From Paramecium tetraurelia (Eukaryota): 30,100 nt of DNA. The stretch lies in assembly GCA_000165425.1 (NCBI GenBank), contig CT868075.1, positions 62,001-92,100 on the forward strand. The letters are read 5' to 3'. Positions 1 to 12,546 of this stretch are shown here, piece by piece (within the stretch, counting starts at the first letter, position 1; each line of letters opens with the position of its first letter). A program made the position numbers and the translations under genes. The notes beneath the pieces were generated by a model. It ran no database searches and was not told the origin of the DNA. It saw only the letters and a program-made list of their open reading frames with translations.

Positions 1-57
1 CCCAACTCTTCTTAAGGGCAATTATATATTTGAGATTTGTTCATTAAGGCTGGACAT
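1..57 (-). CDS. Possible 5' end of a gene running off the left edge (MSSLNEQISNIQLPLRRVG...)
   Basis: Minus-strand ATG at 57-55 opens a TGA-free frame to the window edge. Only 19 codons, with no recognisable motif. Confidence 0.25.
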
Positions 58-233
58 ATATCAATGAAGAATCATGATAAGTGGAAACTAAGAAGGGAGG
101 AAAGATGAAAATAGATTAAGACACTTCAAATCTGAAAGAAATTAAATCGACAAAAGAAGATTCAATACTCGCAAATTTGTATTAGTAGGATTGCCTAATT
201 TAGGACTAAATTTGATTTATTTTATTAATAATT

Positions 234-657
234 ATGTTCACAGAGTAACCCTATTACGAAGCCAAGGTGTTTCTTAAATCTTACAATGATGCTATTGCAT
301 GTTTAAAGTAAGCTAAATGCAATTACAATCTTTTAGAGAGGCTGCTGAGTAAAAAGCCCACATTGAATTCTAAGAACATGTGTTATAATCACTTGCGACT
401 GCTCGTACAAGATAGGAGGTTGATATTGTTATTATGTTAGCTGGATGTGAGAGATGGTTAAGTGGTGCCAGGATTAAATTTTGGGTAATCAAAGTAGACC
501 AAGCTCTTCTAATTTTCAAAGTATAAATTTGTCATAAATGCCAAGTCATGTGTTTTAAAAATATTTCAAAGGATTTGAGGAATACAGCGGAAATTTCAAG
601 GGCTTCCAATAGGTTTTAATAGAGGGACTGAAAAAGATTAAATCAGATGTGAAATGA
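234..657 (+). CDS. Small hypothetical protein, 115 aa, 4 exons
   Basis: ATG at 234; GT-AG introns at 308-336, 419-440 and 521-545; TGA at 655-657. Spliced length is 348 nt with an open code-6 frame: MFTEQPYYEAKVFLKSYNDAIACLKEAAEQKAHIEFQEHVLQSLATARTRQELDVRDGQVVPGLNFGQSKQTKLFQFSNHVFQKYFKGFEEYSGNFKGFQQVLIEGLKKIKSDVK. Confidence 0.8.
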
Positions 658-945
658 GATATGAATAATGAATATATATACATTATCTAAAAGATAATTA
701 TATAAAAGGATAGAATTAATAATGCTTATTGTGAGAGCCTATTGATAGGATTGAATCTTGGGGGAGTTCATAAATAGAAAAAGTATTCTAGATTAAATAT
801 TGGAAAAAGTGAGGAGTGTAGGAGGGAAGGAGATGGTTGAATGGAAGAAATGAGAGAGAGAGATCATGTAATTAATTGATAAATCGCTTATTTAAATTTT
901 GAATATCCTTTATGAGAATATCTAAAAATTATTTAAATAAATAAA

Positions 946-2527
<1,582 letters not shown>

Positions 2528-2597
2528 AAAAATAATATATACATTATAACAATTACAATATTTTGTTTCCACTCTTTTCCCATATTATAATATATTA

Positions 2598-4112
2598 ATG
2601 TAATTTAATATTAATAAAACTACTCCGTCTCGGTTGGATAACACCAGTTTAAAAGCTAAACTCACAAAACAATACGAATAACAACCTATTCCTTCCGCTG
2701 AGGTTTATAAAAGCACATTGTCCAAATTATACTAAACACAGAGTTTAAGCACCCTCATCAAAGATAAGAAATCTTCCATTTCTAGATAGGTTTCACAAAA
2801 CAACCCATTCATCAATCCAACCGTTAGAACTAACACTCCCAAATCCACCAATACAACACCTTAAGTAATCTACTTTTATTTATAATAAGTATTACTTTTA
2901 TGCCAAGTCGAAAGAGTAAAGCAAGGTTCAAATTTCATAACTTATCAGTAAAACATTACAGTAGAGTTACACCAAGGCTAGCAATAGCTTGATCAAGGAT
3001 AATTCTTTTGGCATATCCACTAAATCCAATACTGATCGAAAATATAATTTGCTTTCTTTAGATCAGAACAAACTAATTTCAAAACCAAAAACAGAGAAGG
3101 TCCAATCCATCGATAGAACCTCAAATAATAACAATCTAATTTCAGATTAAAAATAATCACTTAATATTCATTTAAGCTTAGATGATTTTGTGACTCAAGT
3201 TAAAGTCCCAAATTCCTCGAAGAATAATTATACAATTTCTCCCTTTAAATAGGCAAAGTCACTTTCCCCAAACAACAGATTATTATCTACCACAAGAAGT
3301 ATACTTAAGTGTCTATATAGAAAATATCTATTATGTGAGTTCTATGATTGATGCCATCAATGGAGCCTATGATTCCTAGTGTTAACTCTATAGAGACCAC
3401 GCCTTATAAACTTACAACAGCATTGGGTTCTGCTTAAATCAAATAGAACCGAACAGCAGTGTAATCGAAAAGAAACTTATTAATTTACCCTAAAAAAATA
3501 CCAAATGTAGTTTGTTGATATAACAATTTAGTCCAAAAAACTGTGGTTTTTGATCTTGATGAAACACTCATCCATTGCAATGAAAATTAAAACATAAAAT
3601 CTGATGTTTATCTTCCAATTACATTTCCATCTGGAGATACCGTATAAGCAGGAATCAATATAAGGCCATGGGCCAAATAAATACTTAATCTATTGTCTGA
3701 AGTTTGCGAAGTTGTGGTCTTTACAGCCTCTCATCAATGTTATGCTTCCCAAGTGATTCAGTTTCTTGATCAGAAGAAAATCTTGAGTGCTTAATTATTT
3801 AGAGAAAGTTGCATAGTAACAAACGATGGAGTACACATCAAAGATCTTAGAGTGTTGGGCAGAGATATGAAAGATATTGTGTTGATTGATAATGCAGCAT
3901 ATAGCTTTGGCTATCATATCGAGAATGGCATTCCTATAATTCCATATTATGATAACAAAGAAGATAAGGAATTAAGGTAATTGTATGATTTCTTAATGTC
4001 TGATGTCCTTCCTGCATATGATTGTAGAAAGGTTATTCAAGAAACATTTAAACTTAGAGAGTTTTAGAATTATAATGGTCCTAAGGTTGCAATTGAAAAA
4101 TTATATTATTGA
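2598..4112 (+). CDS. NIF/FCP1-homology (CTD small phosphatase-like, HAD family) phosphatase with a long low-complexity N-terminus
   Basis: Motifs KTVVFDLDETLIHC (DxDxT), IRPW, EVVVFTAS, LFRESC, IKDLRVLGRDMKDIVLIDN and NGIPIIPY. Introns at 2865-2889, 3299-3320 and 3507-3531; TGA at 4110-4112. Confidence 0.92.
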
Positions 4113-4666
4113 TTATAATTTAGTGATTGCACATCATTTTTTTGTGATTTTATTACCTTTTAATTATTCTCTAATCAAATTTTACATTTTTCGAATGTAT
4201 TTCATACTACATTTAATCTTACAATTATTGATTGTTTATTTATTCAAAGGATTGATATTAGTTGCTAATATTGATTCCTCTAAATGGATTATGAAATAAA
4301 TTCAATGATTATAAACATCTTAATGAGAAAAATAAGTTGGAGTTAACATTTATAGATGTATACATATAAATTGATTATTTTTGAATTCTAAGGTAAAATA
4401 GTTAAATAAATTAAAAATATTGTAAATACTCATAAGATATTTAAAATATACCTAAACCAATTAAGAATTTTAATACAGATTATGTTAGGAGACCTTTAAC
4501 TTATTGTATTGGATATCTTTTCTATATCTTAGGATCAGTAAATATAAGACAAATATTAATGATTAAGATTTATAAATATTGAATGTATGAAGGGTGAAAA
4601 GAACTTGATTAATAATTATTGATGATATTTAATAATAATTAATTATCATGCTTCCGTTTTAATTTA

Positions 4667-6581
4667 TCAACTAAAACCCATCTCATTAAATCCAAAATGT
4701 TCAGATATCATTTATTTAGGTTTATCCCCTTAAATCATTGAAATGTCATTTATGATGAAATCCCAATTGTCCTTTTCACTTTCTTTAGTTTCTTTAGGGT
4801 ACTTCTTTCTTAGGAAATTGGCTAGATCGTCATTATGCTTGATTTCACTCTTGCCACTAATCTAAAGATTGTGATATTATAATGTAAAGTAATCCAAAGG
4901 ATCACTGCTAGATTTTAAATGCCAGATTGGTTTAGCTTTTATGCATTTATTTAGATCCATAAGTTGTTTTTTTTACAAGTTGTTCATCTTCAAATTATAC
5001 TGCAAATAAAGATCTTTAGCAGTATTTAGCAAAAATTATTTGCATTCTAACTAATTCATTTAAGAGTAATTCTGCTCTAGAATATTGCTTATTTTTTAAT
5101 GAGCTTTATTTTAACCATTTTATTAATTATTCTTTCTAATATCTGGTGATTGATCATCTACTGGATTTTCTAAAATACTAATACATTATTCGGCATCGTC
5201 AGGATCCTTTTCAAAATCAGTTAATATTTTATTGTTTGCATTTGAGATTGGAGGTGGAGTAGGTTGTTTATTAGTTGAAAGTTTATTTAATTGAACTGAT
5301 AAATTTAAATTAACCACTCTTTTATTTTTAAGAAAATGAATGTAATTTCCATATTAAGTTCTATAATATTGTACTTCAGCTTGTAACTATTCTATTTTTT
5401 AATCTCTACCCCTGATTGCCTTAATTAATTGCTCATTTTAACTGTAGCATTCGTTTATTTTCTTTTCCAAATCATCAGTTGATTAAGCTAACAATGCTAC
5501 TTTGTTCTTTTCCTTTTCAAATAGTTCCTTATATCCTTTCAATAGAGTCTCTGTCTTCTGTAATTTTTCTTAATAATTTGCTCTAATTTTATATGTCTAA
5601 TGAATTACCTCTCATTATTGGTCATATATTTGATACTATTTGGTAATGATTATTAAAACCCCTGATTATTCTAGCCTTGAGCAGGTGTGTCATTTGAATT
5701 ATGATTAAATGGTTGATTTTGATATATTTCTTCATGCAATGAGATATTATCAGCAGAATCACCTGGATCATCATTATAAATGAAATCTAATAATTATGGA
5801 GCAAAGCTTACTTTTCATTTTATAATATGCCAAAGGACTCCTCAAGATGATTCTAAGTTTGATTAACTCTCTTTTGAAATTCTAAAAATAAATTGTGTAA
5901 ATATACTTGATTGATGTCTTTAAGTTGTCTGTTCTACTCTTATAAATTTTGTGATTCTTGAGACAGCTTATTTAAGATCTATCTGGTTGACTCTAATTCT
6001 TCATGTAATCGTAAGGATTGTTCATGCGGTGTTACTATTTCTCGAATCTTGACCATTTATCCATTATCACCCAAACCTCTGTTTTTCTCAATATCTTGAA
6101 TGGTATATTCTTTATCTTGAATGCATCTTCGTAACTCTCCCAGTTTCTCTTCCAATTCAACAATTAGATCTTTATAAAACGCTTAATTTTCCTCGGATAT
6201 CTGTTAAGACAACAAAACCTTGATTTTTAATTGAAATAGTTACTTTATTTTAGGCCATATTTCTTTCCTCTGTTAATTTTGCCATTTAATTTCTAAGCAT
6301 TTCATTCTCTTCATGCAGCTTCATTTGCAATTGAATAGTTTGAATCTGCTCACTAGAATTCGTTGAGTTGTTGGAATTGTTCAGACTTACAGGATAAATA
6401 AGCACTATTACTTTTGCTCAAGAGTTAAACGGAGAACTTCTTTATTCAATTTTAATGATTTCTCCATATCCTTCAATTATTCTGATAGTTGTTTGTTCTC
6501 TTCAAGCAAATATTGGATCTTTGCAGATTAACGATTCACTACAAATTCACTAGTCTCAAGTCCAAGAATGGTGTCTGTCAT
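4667..6581 (-). CDS. Coiled-coil-rich hypothetical protein (multi-exon)
   Basis: ATG at 6581-6579 (MTDTILGLETSEFVVNRQSAKIQYLLEENKQLSEQLKDMEKSLKLNKE). Heptad-rich E/K/Q/L segments and several ~24-26 nt GT-AG introns. The 3' half was read continuously to ...FGFNEMGFS-TGA at 4669-4667. Central exon junctions were not all traced. Confidence 0.75.
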
Positions 6582-6592
6582 TATTTTTATTT

Positions 6593-7393
6593 ATGATTTT
6601 AATACCGGGCTATAATCCAGGGTAATTAACACTACAAGGAACAAATACCTACCTAATGGGAACAGGCAAGAAAAGAATCCTCATAGACACAGGTGAAGGC
6701 AAGGAATAGTACAAAATACACTTGAAACAAATTTTAGAACAAGAATAATGTGAAATTTCAATTGTTCTTATAACTCATCATCACTTGGATCACATCCTAG
6801 GAATACCGTAGGTGCTTGAATTGTGTCCAGATGCCAAAGTCTACAAAGGCTTAGATCATAATCTGGAAAATGATAAGCTTTATCCTTTCCTCCCACTTTA
6901 GGACGGATAGATTTTCTAAGTAGAAAATTGCATCATCACAGCAATCTCATTGCCTGGACATTGTGTTGATCATTTTGGATTCATAACTTAGAGTTCAGAA
7001 TGGTTTTCAGGTGATTGTTTGTTGGGAGGTTCATCTTGTTACATCGAAAATTTGAAATAGTATTTCTAAAGTATGGAAAAAGTAGAAAAAATGAAAATGT
7101 AATTTCTTTACCTATTTGTAGCAACACTATCCACCCAGGTCACGGATACTCAATAGTAGAAGGAGCTCAAGAAACTATTTAGAAACAAGTTTAGCATAGA
7201 AAGAACAGAGAATAACAGATCTATTAAGTAATAAATGGATAATCTGTTGATGAAAATAGTGTTAGCTGTCTATCCAGATGTGAATGATCCATACATGAAG
7301 AAATTTGTGAAAATTGCAGTCGAGGCTCACTTAATTAAACTAATTGATGATAATCTCATCAAATTTATTGATAATTTATATTATAAATGCTGA
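6593..7393 (+). CDS. LACTB2: LACTB2-like metallo-beta-lactamase-fold protein (endoribonuclease family), with an apparent +1 frameshift near the C-terminus
   Basis: Motifs [39 protein letters not shown] (HxHxDH), PGH, FSGDCLLG and HPGHG. Intron at 7099-7121. An extra A in the 7253-7256 run gives TGA at 7285-7287. The shifted frame continues IVLAVYPDV...VEAHLIKL to TGA at 7391-7393. Confidence 0.9.
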
Positions 7394-7578
7394 TTATTTC
7401 ATGCTTTAATGACAATTAAAATCTAATTCATTTACATCTTAATTTTAATAATCTCAACAATTTATGATATATAGTCTTAATGAAATTGATGGATATGCTT
7501 TTTAAAGTAATAAATAAACACGTAATGTCATTAAAAAAGATTTATAATTAAAATTGTGCTATCAAAAATAATAAAATA

Positions 7579-8557
7579 ATGTTATTAGAAATATTTCTAT
7601 TGGTTATTTTTGTTGGGTTATTAATTGGAATTCGGTGGTTATTCACACCTTATACCAATTGGAAAAACCAGTAAAAAACAGTAAAAAAGGATGATAGCAT
7701 AGTGATAATATGTGATGGAAAAGAAATCAAGTATTCCACATATAAAAATAAATCTGATGTTTAATTGAGCATAATCATTCCATCATATAATGAGGAAAAT
7801 AGATTAGGCAGAACATTAGAGGCTACATTTAAAGTAAAAATAGACACCAATTCGATTAGCACTTTGAAAAGTATAACTATGAAATAATAATCATCAATGA
7901 TGCATCTAAAGATAAGACATTGGAAGTAGCCAAGAAGTATTCGATAAACAATAAAAACTTTAAGATTATTACTTACAATAGAAATAGAGGGAAAGGAGGA
8001 GCAGTAAGATTGGGAATGTTGGCAGCTGCAGGTGAAATTTAGTTAATGATGGATGCAGATTTAGCTACAGATTTAAATGAATATGAGAAATTATAAAAAG
8101 AAGTACATATGCAACAAAATTATGATAGTTAATTAAAATTACATAAAATGGGTTAGGATTAGTGGCAGGCTCTAGAAACCATTTAGTGAAAGATGTTGTT
8201 GTTCAACGAAAATGGTATAGAAACTTTCTAATGCATTGTTCGAATTTTATCATTAATACTATATGTGGTGTTAGATTAAAGGATACTCAATGTGGCTTTA
8301 AGTTATTTACCAAAAACACTTCAGCAATATTGTTTAGAGTGTTGCATTTAGAGAGATGGGCATTTGATGTAGAGTTATTTATGATTGCCTAAAAATACAA
8401 GGTGCCAGTCTCAGAATTACCAGTCAAATGGGAAGATGTAGAGGGCTCTCATTTAAATGTAGTAGAAGCCTCAATTTAGATGGCTAGAGATTTTCTATTA
8501 GTCAGAATTTTATATCTATTAAATATTTGGAATTTCAAGGACGACATTGGATTATGA
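7579..8557 (+). CDS. ALG5: Dolichyl-phosphate beta-glucosyltransferase (GT2 family)
   Basis: N-terminal TM helix. Motifs LSIIIPSYNEENRL, NDASKD, NRGKGGAVRLG, MMDADLAT, GSRNHL, DTQCGFKLF, RWAFDVELF and WEDVEGS. Introns at 7834-7859 and 8103-8128; TGA at 8555-8557. Confidence 0.93.
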
Positions 8558-9065
8558 TGAGTTATATTAATAAATATAAAATAATTCAATTTTTATAAAT
8601 ATTTTAAAAATTCCTATTATATCTTTACATCAAAACTTCAAGAATGGTTCTCAAACTAATTCAAAATAGCTAATGGTAATTAAAATTGCTTAATTACTCT
8701 AACTCTGAAATATCAAATAGCATATGGAAAGTTTTGAATAAGCATCTTAAAATTACACTAAAACTCAAAATAAATAAGATTTTAGATTTTTTACTCATAT
8801 TTGTTACTTTGGGTTGCCAAGAGGATGTATCATATAATATTATAATATAAATTTTCTAAAATAAAAATATAATAAATTCACTAATAAATTTTGCAAATGA
8901 ATTAATGAATTTCATTGATAACGCTAAAACCAAAACTTCTAAAAATAGGTTTTTACTCATTAAAATTTATAATGATCATCCTGTTACAACAAAATAAAAG
9001 ATTTAAATGTTACGTGATATATAAATAATTATAATTTCTAAAAAGTGAGATGATGTAATAAAATT

Positions 9066-12000
9066 ATGTTATTTCAGCTTCTGTTTATATTTTTTGTACT
9101 GATATAAATAAGTGAGTAAACTTGCAGGACTGATGATTGTTACAGCTGTTCTCTCCATAAAGATTGTTGTATTACATGTAAGTGCTATAGGAGTTAAAAA
9201 TTTTAAAGAACAATTGATACATTCGGATGTGACTATAAAAAATGTGATAAATATGATGATGGAAAATGCTATTCATGTGTAGATGGTTATTATTTACAGA
9301 ATTCCATTTGCTATCTATGTACTTACCCATGCATTGAATGCTATAGTAGTACCAAATGTAAGAAATGCGCATCAGGATATAAATTAAGCAATGATAAATG
9401 TATCTAATGCACTGTTCCATTATGCAAGGATTGCGATAGTAATTCAAACTAATGTTCTTAATGCGTAAATAATTCAACTTATGATTCATTTATTCCAGCA
9501 TGTGTATGCAATGCGTCATACTTTTAAGTTAGTGGGTAATGCAAATAATGCATTTCAATATGTGGGACATGTTCAGGTTCATATAATTATTGTGCTACAT
9601 GCAAAAGTGTTTCGAATATGTCAGCAACTCCAATAAATGGAGTATGTAGTTGTATAACTGGATATTATTGGAATCAGAGCAATTCATAATGTAATTAATG
9701 TACAGCACCATGTCTAACATGCGAAGAATAAGCAACGTAATGTACTTCATGTAATGATGCATCACTTATAGTGAATGACGATAATGAATGCACTTGTCAA
9801 ATAGGATATTTTAGTTCCCCCAATGATCCTTATGTATGTGAGGTATGTTCCAAAAATTGCCTAACATGTGCAGATATCAGTAACAAGTGTACATCATGCT
9901 ATGAAAATTATGAATTAAATGATGGCAATAATACTTGCTTTTGTCCTGATGGATTTTTTGAAATAAATAACACATGCAATAAATGTGACACATTGTGCTC
10001 TAAGTGTTCCTCTAATTCAGTGTGCACAGAATGTATTGACAACCAGTTCGTTAAATTTTCAAAACAGTAATGCACCTGCATGGATGGATATTATTTTGAT
10101 GCCATCTAAACAACATGTCTATAATGTGATTCAACGTGTAAAACATGTTAATCCCAAAAGGAAATGTGTAGTTCTTGCAGTTTAGAATCAAATAGAATTC
10201 TAAGTGTGAACAAGTGCATATGTAAACCTGAATATTTTTTAAACGTGAATCAACTTTGTATCTCCTGTAAGTCTAAAGAAGCTATAGCTATTGAATTTTG
10301 CGAGTATAGAGATTGTGCTGATGGAATGTGGTCTTATGGAGAAGAATGTGATGATGCAAATTATTCATCCAGAGATGGTTGTTACAATTGTCTCAGAGAG
10401 CCCTAATATTATTGCATTAATGAAATTTAAAAACCATCTAAATGTTTTAAATGTCAAGAACATTGTTCTATTTGTGAGTATGACTACCTTAACAAAAAAC
10501 AAGTTTGCAAACTAGCTATCGATGGATACTACATTGAAAATTCTATTCAAATAAATAAATGCGCAGATAAATGTTTGCATTGTTAATCAAATGCTAGTCA
10601 ATGTACCAAATGTAGATTCCTTAATATAAGTAAATCAAATATCAATTGCCAATTATGCGAATATAAATAAGGATATTATTCAGATTATGAAAATAACTCT
10701 TGTTATTCTAAATGTGGAGATACAATCTTAGCTGATGTCGAATAATGTGATGACGGAAACAGGATTAATGGAGATGGATGCAGTGATCACTGCATTTTAG
10801 AAAAGAGTTTCGATTGTATAAATGGAGTTTGTAGTAAAACCAAGAACCCAATTCCTTCAGGATAAGAAAACAAGATTTATGATGTGTATACTCCAAAGAG
10901 GTAAGTCCTAGTGAAGTATGACTAAGAATTGAAACTAGACCAATAATTTGACATCAATGATCAATTGTACATCTCACTGAATTAACAAGCCAATATTAAC
11001 TACATTATTAGAACAAATGTAGAGTTCGAAACAAAAAATCTAACCAACTTTTCATTTACCATTGACTTAGAAGTTGATAGATCTATATCAAATGCCAGTT
11101 TAATAATTAAATACTTAACACCTTCAATATTTAAAAATGCTCAAAATCAATCTTAAGAAATTGAATTTATAGAAGTTAAAATATCTGACATCGTTATTAT
11201 TTCGTAATCAGTGTAAGGATTGACGACGGCTACTGTTAATAGTTCGAATTACGTAATCTACGGTTTATTAGCTTTGCTGGGTTGTGGCTTGGTATTAGGT
11301 GGTATTGACATCTATTTCAACCTCATTGATACTCTGTAATACTTATCGTATTTGTATTACATCAACACCATATTTCCATATAATGTAAACTAATTTTTTG
11401 AAAATCTCAGCTTTGCTTAGTTCACAATAGTTTAAGATTTCATAAAACTTGATAATATCTTTGAATATGACTTGGAGTATGATTTAGAATTTCATTCAAT
11501 TACAGTTCCATTCAAAATTAGAAATTAAGGTATGTACTCATGCTTCATTCTTAATTTTGCATCAATTTTCTCTTTGTTCCTTATTGGCCTTGCATTTTAT
11601 ATAGTAGCCAACATAATAACAATTAAATTGCTGTCTTCTAAAGATGATTTGTTACTCTAAAATGATTCTACTTCAAATATTCAATTGTATTTTCTTAAAC
11701 TTTAAACAAAGTTCAAACACTTTACTTTTTAATGGGCATTAATTACGATTAGGGAATTCTTTTATAGCGATCTGTTAAGAATATTCATGACGACTGCTAA
11801 TGAATATAGTTTTACATTAGGATTAGGCTTAAAAGGACTAGACTTCAGCTCTACATTTGGATTAATTAATTCAACTATTACATTTCTTTTTTTGGGTATT
11901 TACATCTTAATAACATTCCTATCGTTCAAGATTGTGGATCAAAAAAGATTTGCTATTAAGGAGACATAATACAATATTAAATTTGGATCTGTCTTCTAAG

Positions 12001-12482
12001 GTGTTTAAATAGCAAAATATTAGAAATTGTACAATCCATTTTTATTGATAAAAAAGTTCCTCTTTATGACATTTTTAATTTATCTTTATGATTACCCTAT
12101 AATTTAGGTGTTGTAAGTCACTTTGTTAAGTCTAGTCACTGTTTTCTTTTAGATATTTTACTCACCTATCACAGATAAACTAGAATTGATTAAGTAGATA
12201 AGTTGTGAAATTTCATCTTTTATAAATTCATTGTTGTTCACTATATTTTGCATCAATGATCTTTTGAAATTCTTGAACGAAAACTAAAAGTTGATTATTG
12301 GATGGGTAGTTATATCGAATGTCTTAACAGGATTGTTTAGTTAATTAGTAATAAATACTATTTAATAATGGAAATATCTCTATTATAAATTTTAATTTAT
12401 AAGAAGTACAGCTAATTCATGTAGTCAACTATGCAAATCAAAGTTGCAGTCTACTTAGGCACCTCATGATGTATTTTTGTGA
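9066..12482 (+). CDS. Large (~1138 aa) Cys-rich surface protein: signal peptide, furin-like CxxC repeats, two Myxococcus-type Cys-rich (DUF4215-like) repeats and a C-terminal multi-pass TM domain
   Basis: Apparently a single exon: ORF-track fragments at 9771, 10164 and 11787 share the frame of ATG 9066. Hydrophobic start MLFQLLFIFFVLIQ. Repeats CADGMWSYGEECDDANYSSRDGCYNC and CGDTILADVEQCDDGNRINGDGCSDHC. About 7-8 hydrophobic segments over 11250-12360; TGA at 12480-12482. Confidence 0.88.
9123..10830 (+). repeat. Protein-level Cys-rich repeat array (CxxCxxxCxxC...CxC..GY/F units) within the surface protein
   Basis: Recurrent units such as CEVCSKNCLTCADISNKCTSC, CNKCDTLCSKC and CTCMDGYYFD. The repeats are divergent at the DNA level. 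Confidence 0.8.
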
Positions 12483-12546
12483 GTCTTTAGTTTCATTTAA
12501 CATTTATATATATAATTTTTTTGATTTTATTTCATTTTTATTTAGA

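Noticed and set aside
4003..4299. 98-aa hydrophobic ORF in the track
   Set aside because: It is out of frame with the end of the NIF phosphatase and runs into T-rich 3' non-coding DNA, so the hydrophobicity is a compositional artefact.
4113..4666. Long AT-rich gap as a possible retained IES or ncRNA
   Set aside because: No convincing terminal consensus, structure or ORF was found. TA boundaries are uninformative in such AT-rich DNA without germline/somatic comparison.
8558..9065. AT-rich spacer as a possible gene
   Set aside because: No supported start, splice and stop model, and no motif.
9172..10515. ORF-track entries 9172-9489 (-), 9985-10185 and 10291-10515
   Set aside because: These are alternative-frame or antisense readings of the Cys-rich protein gene.
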